This document shows, piece by piece, positions 1-8,466 of a stretch of 17,926 nt of DNA; positions within the stretch are counted from its first letter, which is position 1; each line of letters starts with the position of its first letter. Where the stretch lies: positions 1 to 17,926 of the forward strand of contig CBDCCZ010000036.1 of the NCBI GenBank assembly GCA_965215005.1, read 5' to 3'. The notes under the pieces were generated by a model that was given only the letters and a program-made list of their open reading frames with translations, had not been told where the DNA came from and ran no database searches. This DNA is from Kofleriaceae bacterium. Lineage in GTDB: Bacteria > Myxococcota_A > Polyangia > Haliangiales > Haliangiaceae. Position numbers and translations under genes: made by a program.

Positions 1-18
1 CGCCGACGTTGCGCGACT

Positions 19-338
19 TCATTGGGTGTCGGCGAAGCGGAGGATTTTGCCAAAGACATCGCCACTGCCCGCGTCGATCTGCGGATCGAGAAAGACCGCG
101 AGTGACGAAAGCCGGCGAAATGCGCCGATACCGTCGTCGGAGAGCAGCTCCTTGGAGTCGATGCCGATGGGCGAGAGGTCGCCAACGCCGAAGGCGTTGG
201 CAAACTGCTCCGCAGCTTCGCTGCTGGTGAAGAAAAAACTATACGGCCGGCGGCAATACATGTCGCGGCCGTCGCTGGTGAGATACCAGATGCGCTCGGG
301 GAAGATACGATAATGAGCTCGCCTGCGGGTTCAGTCAC
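19..338 (-). CDS. Small hypothetical protein (~105 aa), apparently frameshifted near the 5' end; possible SseB-N-like alpha/beta fold
   Basis: ORF 19..261 continues upstream in frame as PERIWYLTSDGRD-MYCRRPY...FTSSEAAEQFA...VFLDP. A GTG at 338 preceded by AGGAGA reads MTEPAGELII in another frame, and removing 2 nt near 300-307 joins the two. TGA stop at 19-21. Confidence 0.65.
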
Positions 339-404
339 CGCGTCTCCTGCTCATGCCGAGCGCTGCGATCAAGCTCGACAGCGGCATCGTGCAGCGCTAT
401 CAGG

Positions 405-3308
405 TCAGCTGAGCAGCGCAAGCAGATCCTCTCGCGTCAATCCAGCCGCCTGATCCGCGCCGCCCAGCGCCGCGTTGGCGATGCCGCGCTTTGCTCCTGC
501 AGCGCAAGAATGCGCTCTTCGACCGAGTCGGCGGCAACCAGGCGATACCCCATCACCGGCTTGTCTTGACCGATGCGATGCGCGCGGTCGGCGGCCTGCT
601 CCTCGACCGCCGGATTCCACCACGGGTCGCACAAGAAGACGTGATCCGCGGCGGTGAGGTTGAGGCCAACGCCGCCCGCTTTCAGCGAGATGAGCATGAC
701 CGGCGGGCCCTCCTCGCTTTGAAAGCTGTCGACCACTCCGGCGCGATCGCGCGTGGAGCCATCGAGCCGGACGAAGCCAATCTGGCTGGCTTGCAAGTGC
801 GGCTCGATGCGGTCGAGAAGTGAGGTCATTGGCTAAACACCAACGCTTTGTGGCCGTCGGCGCAATTCCTCGAGCGCCGCAACCAGCGCTCGACCTTCGA
901 CGACGACTCGGCCTCTTGCCCAGGGAACTAGACCGCGATGACAGCACGCTGGCGCAACCGGAGCAGCGCCTCGAGCGCGGCAAGCACGCTGCCTCCTTGG
1001 CCGAGTGAAGCGAGCACCTCGTCGCGGGTGGCGACCCGTATTGCGTCCATACACCGCGCGCTCGTCATCATCGAGGTCGACGTGCAAGACGACATCGGTG
1101 CGCGGCGGCAGCTCGGGAGCCACCTCACGTTTGAGACGGCGCAGCACGAATGGACGAATGCGCTCGCGCAAGCGTGCGGCGGCGCCGGGCTCGCCGCTGG
1201 CGATCGCTTTCCCATAGCGATCGGCGAAGTCGCTGCGGCCACCGAGCAGCCCGCGGTTGACGAAGTGCATCAAGCTCCACAGCCTCCTCGAGGCGGTTCT
1301 CGATAGGCGTGCCAGTGACAGCAAGCCGAAAGCTGCCGCTGAGTTGATACGCCGCGCGCGCGACCCCACTGTCGGGATTTTTTATCGCTTGCGCCTCATC
1401 GAGCACCACGCAATCCCAGCGCTGCGCCGTCAGTGCATCTAGATCGACCGCAGCAGCGCATAGGTGGTGATGGTGACGTCGGCCTGCTCGAGCACGCGGT
1501 TGCGCCGTGATAGATGTGCACCGACCGATCCGGGCGGAACTTGCGCAGCTCTTCGGCCCAGTTGTGAATCAGGCTGCGCGGGCACACGACCAACGTCGAC
1601 CCTCGACGGCGCAGATGGCCTGCAACGTCTTACCGAGGCCCATGTCATCGGCGAGGATGCCGCCAAGCTCGGCCTCCGGCGAGAAACCGCAACCAGCTCA
1701 GACCCTGGCGCTGATACGGACGCAGCGTCCGCGGTGACGTCGCTCGGCACGGCGGCTTCGGGCAACCCAGCGAAGTCTTGCACCAACGGAGCAAGCCGCG
1801 CCAGCGATGCCGGCGGGCGGCTGGTCGAGGTCTTCGCACAGCCGCGCCAAATCGAAGATGGCATGGGTGGCGACGCGTCCTTGCGCATCGCGTGCAGCGA
1901 GCAAATCGGCGACGCGATGGCCGTGCTCGGCGAGCCACTCGCTGGGCAACGGTGCAAAGCCGCCGCCGATGAGCGGCACGACATCCAGGTTCTCTCGCCA
2001 CGCGCGGATCACCACCGCAGTCTCGGCGCGCTTGACCTCGCCATCGCCGGTCGCGACCTCGAAGCGCACCTCGAGCACATCACCGTCGACCTGCACCTTG
2101 GCCTCGAGAGGATCGCGCTGAAACATCGCGCTGCGCGCGTTGTCATCGAGCTCGCCTTGCCAACGGCGCAGCTTCTGCGCGAACGCAACCGCTTCAGCGC
2201 GCTCGAATCGCACCCGACGTCCAACCATCAGATTGAGCTCGTCGCGCAGGCGATGCACCAAGCTGCGCTCGGCAGCCACATCGCGAATGGGCACCGTGCC
2301 TTCGAGATGCACGAGCCGATCGCCGTCGATGCGCGCGCGCGGCGGATCGCCATAGACGAGCGTCGGCAGCACTGTGAGCCCGAGCTCTTCGCTCTCGAGC
2401 TCGATGGCGATGCGCGGCCGCATCGAGCTCGACACGCCCGGCAGCCGGTCGGTGCGAACGTCAACGTCGATGCGCCGGGACAGCTCGGGCAGCATTCCGC
2501 TAACCAGCTCACCCACGCTCTCCATGGTAAAACGCTTGCGCAACGGCAGCGCCTCGAGCTTGGGCCCGGTGAGCGCGACCTCGCCGAGCGGGCGCAACGT
2601 ATCGCCGCAACGGGCCACCCCCACCGCCACCAGCTCGGTGATGGTCGGGTCACGCTCGAGCACGAGCTCGACGTCGCCTTTGATATCGCGCACGATCGCC
2701 CGCGGCACCACCGGCTCTCGGCTCACGCGAACGGGGCGACCCTCGAGGAACACGTGAGGCGCATCGGCGAGCACGTTCAAGATGTGCAGCAGCGTGTCCG
2801 CCGCGATTGGCGCGCGCGGTCGAGTGCCGAGGAGACTATCTATCGCTAAATCATATTTCTCGGGACGCACCGCCGGCGACGAGGCATTGCGATTGGACAG
2901 CAGCGCCGACAACGTCGTAGCAACCGCGGTCTCCGCGCCATCGGCACTTGCGATGCTCCGCGACAGCCGCAACGTGCCAGCCTCACGCGCGAACCGATAG
3001 ACGAGGTGCCCGCCGGCGGCTTCTGCGGTGGTCAACACCCCAGCTCCGCTCGCATCTTGAGCAAGCATGATCGACGCGGCGGCAATCGCCGAGCAGATCG
3101 ACTGCTCGCAGTCGCAGTCCCACTCCGCGTCGCGCGGATACAGCACCACGGTGTTGGCGACGGGACGTCCTGGCACCTTGACGCGCAAGACGACTTCGTC
3201 TTCGCTACGACTCTCGAGAGTCACCGCGCCGACACGTGCCAGCTCCACCCCTTGTGACCAAACCCGGGAAGAACAGGCTTTGCGAACCGCCGCGACGATG
3301 TCTGCCAT
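405..3308 (-). CDS. SNF2-family (SF2 DEAQ-box) helicase/ATPase with N-terminal SWIM-like region; C-terminal half broken by many frameshifts, probably sequencing errors
   Basis: ATG at 3308 with GGAGG upstream. Motifs occur in order across frames: WDCDC..C (SWIM-like), [111 protein letters not shown]. Ends [11 protein letters not shown]. Confidence 0.93.
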
Positions 3309-3458
3309 AGGCGGCCTCCGTAGCAGTCCACGGCGTAACGCGCAACCGTCAACGCCGCTCACTTCACCTCCGGCGCCTCCGCCGGCGTCTGGCCTAGCTC
3401 CTTGCGAACCGCTGGGCGGCCACCCTCGCCCGCACCGGGCCGATGCCCGCGCCGCGAC

Positions 3459-4505
3459 TCACGTCTCGGACGAAGGAAGCTCCGCTAGCGCGCCGAGGCG
3501 CACGCGCACCTCACACAGCTCGGCGGCAAGTGCTTCGAGCTCGGTGCGGGTTAGCTCCAGCGCCTCGGCGCGCTGTGCGGCATCGGCCAGCAGGCCGTCA
3601 GATGGATACGGATTGAGCGCCAGCTCACTCATCACCGACGCCAGCGTCACCACCGCAACGATTCGCTGCGCTTCTGGCTCCAGCGCACTGATATTGGCCG
3701 TTCGCGGCGTGCAGCACGCAGCAACCACCGGTGCGAGCGCCCATCGCTCGGTCACCAATGCGCCAACGGTGTGTTCCACGAAGTCCAGCACCAAGTACAG
3801 CACGAGAGGGTCTTCGAGAGTTAGCTCGCGCTTTTCGCCGAGCGACTGGATCCAGCGCAGCGCAACCGCGCGCCCAATGTTGCACAGCATCCCACCGAGG
3901 TAAGCGGTCTCGGGCGCGGCCCAATTTCTGACGCGAACCAGATGCGCAGCACCATGAGCAGTCACCAGCGACTGTTGCCAAAACGCCTGCGCGGCCCGGA
4001 CCAACACCGGCGAGCTGGTAGGCCGACTGGGGCGATAGACGTTTTGCATCGCGACCGCCGCGACCAGCTGCGCGGTCGCATTGAGGCCCAGCCGCGCAAT
4101 CCCTTCGCGGATGCTCATGACCGGGGCCGCTAGCGCAGCCTGACTACTCGCCGCTTTGACGATCTGCGTGGCGGTGGCCGGATCCATGCTGAGCAGCGCC
4201 ACCAGCTCGTCCATCTCCACCGGCCCTTGATGAAGAACCTTGAGCGCGCGCGCCGCCAAGCTCGGCATCGCGGGAACGTCCAAGCCACCCAACCGTACAT
4301 GGCGCAACACGTCGGCGCTGAGCTCCGCGGCGAGCTCCTGGTCCGTGAGCGTTGGCGATCGCAGTCGCGGCGCTTGCGCGGTGACCAAAGTGGCGAAGTC
4401 GAATTGCTTTGCCGCAGACACCATCGCATCGCGACGGCGGCCAAACAACGTTAGGAGCCTATCCCATACCCTGGAGTCCGCCGCCCGCGTCGCGCTGATG
4501 GTCAC
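3459..4505 (-). CDS. Stand-alone HDOD domain protein with degenerate HD residues
   Basis: HDOD pattern: PAMPSLA, DPATATQIVKAASS, SIREGIARLG, FWQQS, AYLGGMLCNIG (for LHDIG), HTVGALVTERW. 348-aa ORF with a GTG start; the exact start is uncertain. Confidence 0.85.
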   Translation of the reverse strand: MTISATRAADSRVWDRLLTLFGRRRDAMVSAAKQFDFATLVTAQAPRLRSPTLTDQELAAELSADVLRHVRLGGLDVPAMPSLAARALKVLHQGPVEMDELVALLSMDPATATQIVKAASSQAALAAPVMSIREGIARLGLNATAQLVAAVAMQNVYRPSRPTSSPVLVRAAQAFWQQSLVTAHGAAHLVRVRNWAAPETAYLGGMLCNIGRAVALRWIQSLGEKRELTLEDPLVLYLVLDFVEHTVGALVTERWALAPVVAACCTPRTANISALEPEAQRIVAVVTLASVMSELALNPYPSDGLLADAAQRAEALELTRTELEALAAELCEVRVRLGALAELPSSET

Positions 4506-4512
4506 TCGACAC

Positions 4513-4539
4513 GGATCGGTCGGCGAGAGGCAAACTTTA
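4513..4539 (-). promoter_or_regulatory. Sigma-28 (FliA/WhiG-type) promoter candidate for the HDOD gene
   Basis: Minus strand reads TAAAGTTT-N11-ACCGATCC versus the consensus TAAAGTTT-N11-GCCGATAA, and ends 7 nt before the GTG at 4505. Confidence 0.6.
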
Positions 4540-4556
4540 CGCTCTCACCGACCGAT
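4515..4556. repeat. 15-bp inverted repeat with a 12-nt loop
   Basis: ATCGGTCGGCGAGAG (4515-4529) pairs with CTCTCACCGACCGAT (4542-4556). The single mismatch becomes a G-U pair in a minus-strand RNA. Confidence 0.85.
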
Positions 4557-4638
4557 GCTTGGGCGCGGCAGCCGTGCTCCCACACCAGCGGAACCTGGCG
4601 ACTCGTGATCGACGTTTCTTGGCGACGGTGCGCTCTGG

Positions 4639-5139
4639 TTAGCGACGTTCGTCGATCCAACGCTGCGTCGCCGCTGCCGCAAGCTCGAGGCTGGAGCGTA
4701 GGTCCTCCTCCAACGCACGCTCGATGCGCGTTCCCAAGACTGCGACCTCCACCGAGATCTCTCCCGCCCACGTGCGAACCAACAGGTCCGCGCCGGTCAT
4801 TGCCACGGTGATGCAGCCGCGGATGTGGGCGCGGTCGGGATACAACGAAGGCTGGATATCGAGCTCGAGTCGGTCCTCGTGCCGCAGCCACGTTGCACGC
4901 TCGTCATAATAGAGCTCGGCGCCCATGATTCGCTCGATGAAGCCTGGCAGCTGCCGCTCCGGCCATACTCGGGTGTGCCGCACGTACTGATGCTCGTCCT
5001 CGCTCTCGTGCTGCACCTGCCGACGCGCGATGCCGACCGCCGCGTCGAGCGCCCGCAAGTGGCCGGCGTCGAAGTAGCAGCGCCAGTAAAGCTCGGTGCG
5101 CGGACAACGCAGCTCGTGCCGAACCTCGACTTCCGTCAC
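4639..5139 (-). CDS. DUF2505-family protein (SRPBCC/START-like lipid-binding fold)
   Basis: 166 aa with GAGGAGG RBS. Family-typical layout: 'vrHel.c....YW..yFD', 'P.r.LPgfi..i.G..l.Y.E', 'GeisV.v..lG..iEr.l.edl..s'. Confidence 0.75.
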   Translation of the reverse strand: MTEVEVRHELRCPRTELYWRCYFDAGHLRALDAAVGIARRQVQHESEDEHQYVRHTRVWPERQLPGFIERIMGAELYYDERATWLRHEDRLELDIQPSLYPDRAHIRGCITVAMTGADLLVRTWAGEISVEVAVLGTRIERALEEDLRSSLELAAAATQRWIDERR

Positions 5140-5152
5140 CGCCGCCTCCTCA

Positions 5153-6319
5153 CTAGCGACACCAATAGCCGACCTCGTCGTCTACGTAGCCGCAGCTCTG
5201 CTCGCGGCAGTCGCGCCGCTGCAACACCCCGCCGCCGCACCAAACCACCTCGTTGCCGCGACACTCGCCTTGGAAATCGATGCCGGCGCATGGATCTGCC
5301 ACGCAGTATGCCCCGCCTGCCACTGTGGTGCGTGCGCAGATCTCGCCGCAGGTCCCGCAGTCGCGGCGTTTAGGCTCTCCGTTCTCGCACCACCGCGCCA
5401 CGTTGTCCTCACAGGTGCCAATCGCGTCCACGCCGCCGCATGGATCGTTGCCGCTGATGCAGCGATACCCCTGGATCGCCTGATCCCAACCGCACGCCTC
5501 GGAGCAGCTCTCGACCGCGAGCGTGCCGCCGGAACAGAAGTACGACACGCCGTCCAAGCAGCGGCCTACCGCGCTCACCGTGCCGCAGGTTCCATCCACC
5601 GTCACCGGACCGATGATGCCCTCGATCCATGCGCGTACCGCATCGACCCGCGTGAAGTGGTCGCGGCCAAGGCACGAGTTATCGCCTTCGCTAAGCGCCC
5701 CCGCGACCCGTACGCTGCCATCCCCCGCCAGCACAAACAGCGGACCGCCCGAATCGCCGAAGCAGACACCGCGCTCACCTTCACCATCAATCGTCACCCG
5801 CTCGGCGTCGAGGGCGACGATCGGCTCTGCCGTGAAATAGCGCGTGCCCAACGTCATCGCTTCGGTCATGCCGTAACCCGCAGCCTCTGCGGTCCTGCCA
5901 ATCCAGCTGGCGTCGAGCGGCTCGGTGAGAATCGCGATGGGCTCCACCTCCGCTCGCGCTCGCAAGTCGTCTTCTAGCCGCCCCAGTGCCAGATCCAGCC
6001 GCGGATGCACCACCACCTCCGCCAACCGCACGCATATATCTGGACGATCCGCGGCCGGCCCCACACAGAAGGGTCGGCCGACTGCCAGCCCGCAGTGGGC
6101 TGCGCTCAGCACCCACTCTGGGGCCACCAGCGTGCCCGTGCAGCCATCGAAGTCACCAGTGGCCATGATCTGCCCCGCGGTCATCGGCAGGTAGGTCGGC
6201 TGCAGCGTTCCGTTGAACACCATCTCCTGCATCCGCACGTCTCCCAGACAGACCAGCTCCTCATCGCCCGCGCATCCGGCCGCGAGCAAGAACACCAGCA
6301 AACCGCTCAACCGGGCCAT
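5153..6319 (-). CDS. Lipoprotein S1 (chymotrypsin-fold) serine protease with three C-terminal Cys-rich repeats
   Basis: Signal peptide II with lipobox AAGC(16). CTGTLVAPEWVLSAAHC (His75), DLAL (Asp109), CFGDSGGP (Ser190). Three ~45-aa Cys repeats at residues 245-387. Confidence 0.92.
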   Translation of the reverse strand: MARLSGLLVFLLAAGCAGDEELVCLGDVRMQEMVFNGTLQPTYLPMTAGQIMATGDFDGCTGTLVAPEWVLSAAHCGLAVGRPFCVGPAADRPDICVRLAEVVVHPRLDLALGRLEDDLRARAEVEPIAILTEPLDASWIGRTAEAAGYGMTEAMTLGTRYFTAEPIVALDAERVTIDGEGERGVCFGDSGGPLFVLAGDGSVRVAGALSEGDNSCLGRDHFTRVDAVRAWIEGIIGPVTVDGTCGTVSAVGRCLDGVSYFCSGGTLAVESCSEACGWDQAIQGYRCISGNDPCGGVDAIGTCEDNVARWCENGEPKRRDCGTCGEICARTTVAGGAYCVADPCAGIDFQGECRGNEVVWCGGGVLQRRDCREQSCGYVDDEVGYWCR

Positions 6320-6327
6320 TCCTCAGC

Positions 6328-6347
6328 TTAGCGCGTTGCTGCGCTAA
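6328..6347. promoter_or_regulatory. Palindrome (candidate operator) between the divergent protease and Coq4-like genes
   Basis: TTAGCGC-N6-GCGCTAA, overlapping the TAAGCT -10-like hexamer of the protease gene. Confidence 0.4.
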
Positions 6348-6405
6348 AGCGGCAGCCTAGAGGCGGCTGGAAGCGGTCCGGGAAACCGGGCATGCTAGGC
6401 GCTGA

Positions 6406-7056
6406 GTGAACGCCAAAACGATTTACACAATCGCGCGTGCAGTGGTTAGGGTGCTCCGGGACTCGAGCAGGACCGGCGAAATCCATCGCGTCGAAGAGCT
6501 CACTGGCAGTCAGCGGATCCGCGCCTTCCTAGACGCGCACCAGAGGAGCCCAGAAGTTCAGTACATGGCTCGCCAGCGCCTCGAGCTCAGTTCTGAAAGT
6601 ATCGACTTCGACGCGCTGCGGCGACTAGGGCCTCACACCCTTGGCGGCGCCTACGTGCGTCATTTAGAACACAATGGACTCTCTGCCGACTATCAAGCCG
6701 CCGGCACTCGCTTCATAGAAGATGAGGAAATTGCCTATTGGATGCGTCGGTTCCGCCAAACCCACGATGTCTGGCACGCGCTTACCGGTCTGGGCACCGC
6801 CGGCCACGAGGAAGTGCTCTTGCACGCGTTCAGTTGGGGGCAGCTGCGACTTCCGGTATCGGCGATGGTGGTCGGCTTTGGAACATTGAAGCACATCGTC
6901 CTCGAGCACCGCTGGAAAACGCTGTACACGAGCCTTCGCGCTGCGCATCGCAGTGGGCTCGAGGCAGCACCACTGCTACCGGTTCCGTGGGAGCGCATGT
7001 GGAGCGACTCGCTCGATGAGGTTCGCGGCCGTCTGCGCATCCAGCCTTTGCAGTAA
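6406..7056 (+). CDS. Coq4-family (ubiquinone biosynthesis COQ4-like) protein
   Basis: Hallmarks: 'LRRLGPHTLGGAY..HL..NGL', RFRQTHDVWHALTG...EE (HDxxH-x11-E metal motif), and C-terminal 'LLPVPWERMWSDSLDEVRGRLRI'. Confidence 0.9.
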   Translation: MNAKTIYTIARAVVRVLRDSSRTGEIHRVEELTGSQRIRAFLDAHQRSPEVQYMARQRLELSSESIDFDALRRLGPHTLGGAYVRHLEHNGLSADYQAAGTRFIEDEEIAYWMRRFRQTHDVWHALTGLGTAGHEEVLLHAFSWGQLRLPVSAMVVGFGTLKHIVLEHRWKTLYTSLRAAHRSGLEAAPLLPVPWERMWSDSLDEVRGRLRIQPLQ

Positions 7057-7057
7057 T

Positions 7058-7609
7058 CTAGTGCCAGCCGCGCAGCTTCGACTCCTCGCGGCGGTACATG
7101 GCAAAGGCTTCTCGGATAACCTCGAGCGCGCGAGAAGCGCCGAGGATGGCCTCCACAATGACCTCTTTGTGCTCTAGGACTTTGTAGTCTTCAAAAAAGC
7201 GCTGGATCTCCTTGAACGTGTGCTTTGGCAACTGGCTTACATCGGTGTATTCGCTAAATGCGGGATCGTTGCAGTGCACTGCGATGACTTTGTCGTCTTC
7301 TTGCCCCTGATCGAGCATGGGCATGACGCCAATCGCTCGCGCTTTCATGATGGCGAGCGGTTGCACCGGCTCGGCGCCGAGCACCAGCACATCGAGGGGA
7401 TCGCCATCGTCGCAGTAGGTACGTGGCAGAAAGCCGTAGTTGGCGGGATAGATGACCGAGCTATAGAGCATTCGGTCGACCCGCAGCATGCCCGTTGGCT
7501 TGTCGAGCTCGTACTTCATCTTCGAGCCGCGAGGAATCTCGATGACGACGTTGACGAACTCGTGCGCGGTGTCGGGATTGTTAGGAAGATCGTGCCACGG
7601 ATGACTCAT
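7058..7609 (-). CDS. ppa: Family I soluble inorganic pyrophosphatase
   Basis: [48 protein letters not shown] motifs; 183 aa. Confidence 0.97.
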   Translation of the reverse strand: MSHPWHDLPNNPDTAHEFVNVVIEIPRGSKMKYELDKPTGMLRVDRMLYSSVIYPANYGFLPRTYCDDGDPLDVLVLGAEPVQPLAIMKARAIGVMPMLDQGQEDDKVIAVHCNDPAFSEYTDVSQLPKHTFKEIQRFFEDYKVLEHKEVIVEAILGASRALEVIREAFAMYRREESKLRGWH

Positions 7610-7685
7610 TGCGTCATGATACGGCGCCGCGGCTCCTGTGAGCTAGTGATTCACGGCGTGGTGACCCGCACCTGCGACGTGGCGC

Positions 7686-8438
7686 TCACTCGACGTCGTC
7701 GCCGGGGCCCAAGATGGGCGTTCGCTGGCCCTTCTTGTTGTGCGACCAGGCGTACACCACCCCACCCACGCCAGAGACGCCCATCACCACGGGCAAGAGC
7801 GGTACGAGAAAGAACGTAGGGATGAGCGCGATCAGCAGCAGATATAAGACCGAGGCGGGAATCGCTTCGCGCCACGCGCCGGCGTAGAGCCAGCCGAGCG
7901 GACCGAGAAAGAACGACAACGCGCCGGAGGCGATCAGCGATTTCTCCCCAGCGGGGCGCGGCCGATCGAGCTCGGTGCGCGCGCTGTGAGCCATGGCCAA
8001 GGCATTCTTGGTGCTGAGCTGGCCGCGCAACTTGTCCAGGGTCTTGGACTTGTGCTGCTCCTTCGCAACCAGCGCCTGCTGGGTCTTCAGCGCCGCCCGC
8101 GCGCGCTGCTCTTCGGCTGCCGCCTGCGCGGCAGCGATAGCAGCGCGGCGACGAGCGCTGTCGGCATCGACCTCGGCGCCGAGCAGCGCGAGCTTTTCGA
8201 GCTCCGCAAAGTTTGCCGCGCCGGTGCTCGGGCGACGCGCGCCCGGAACGCAGTAGATCAGCTCGCCGTGGTCGTCGCTGTCGAGCTCCAGCGCTCCCTC
8301 AGCGAGCAGCGCATCGAGCCACTTGCTCACCTTCGCGCGAGGAGCGCCGCTGTGATACTGCAGCGCCGTTAGGGTCATTGGGATGCGCGTCGTCATCCAC
8401 AAGTCGAGCACGCGGGTTGCAAACTCCTCCTTCTTCAC
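7686..8438 (-). CDS. Hypothetical membrane protein: N-terminal winged-helix-like domain, Ala/Gln/Lys-rich coiled coil, C-terminal TM2-like transmembrane region
   Basis: Likely GTG start at 8438 (MKKEEFATRV..., 250 aa), since the longer ORF overlaps the divergent lipoprotein. 'LQYHSGAPRAKVSKWLDALLAEGALELDSDDHGELIY' looks like HTH plus wing. 'KSLIASGALSFFLGPLGWLYAG' is followed by two hydrophobic helices. Confidence 0.75.
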   Translation of the reverse strand: MKKEEFATRVLDLWMTTRIPMTLTALQYHSGAPRAKVSKWLDALLAEGALELDSDDHGELIYCVPGARRPSTGAANFAELEKLALLGAEVDADSARRRAAIAAAQAAAEEQRARAALKTQQALVAKEQHKSKTLDKLRGQLSTKNALAMAHSARTELDRPRPAGEKSLIASGALSFFLGPLGWLYAGAWREAIPASVLYLLLIALIPTFFLVPLLPVVMGVSGVGGVVYAWSHNKKGQRTPILGPGDDVE

Positions 8439-8466
8439 GACCGGGTGATTATGGCATGGTGGAGCC

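Noticed and set aside
405..1830. SNF2 as a true pseudogene or a programmed-frameshift locus
   Set aside because: Indels are too dense, confined to the window edge and spill into the next gene. Motif residues are intact and there are no shared slippery sites, so sequencing error fits better.
1464..2849. 461-aa + strand ORF and other long antisense ORFs (3067..3903, 5096..5977, 9722..10747, 10693..11508, 16379..17515)
   Set aside because: They are shadows of real minus-strand genes in high-GC DNA, with no motifs and biased composition.
3309..3458. GC-rich spacer with short hairpins and a TTGACG -35-like hexamer as a possible ncRNA or promoter
   Set aside because: Stems are only 5-6 bp, as expected by chance at this GC content. 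There is no -10 box at the right spacing and no recognisable RNA family motif.
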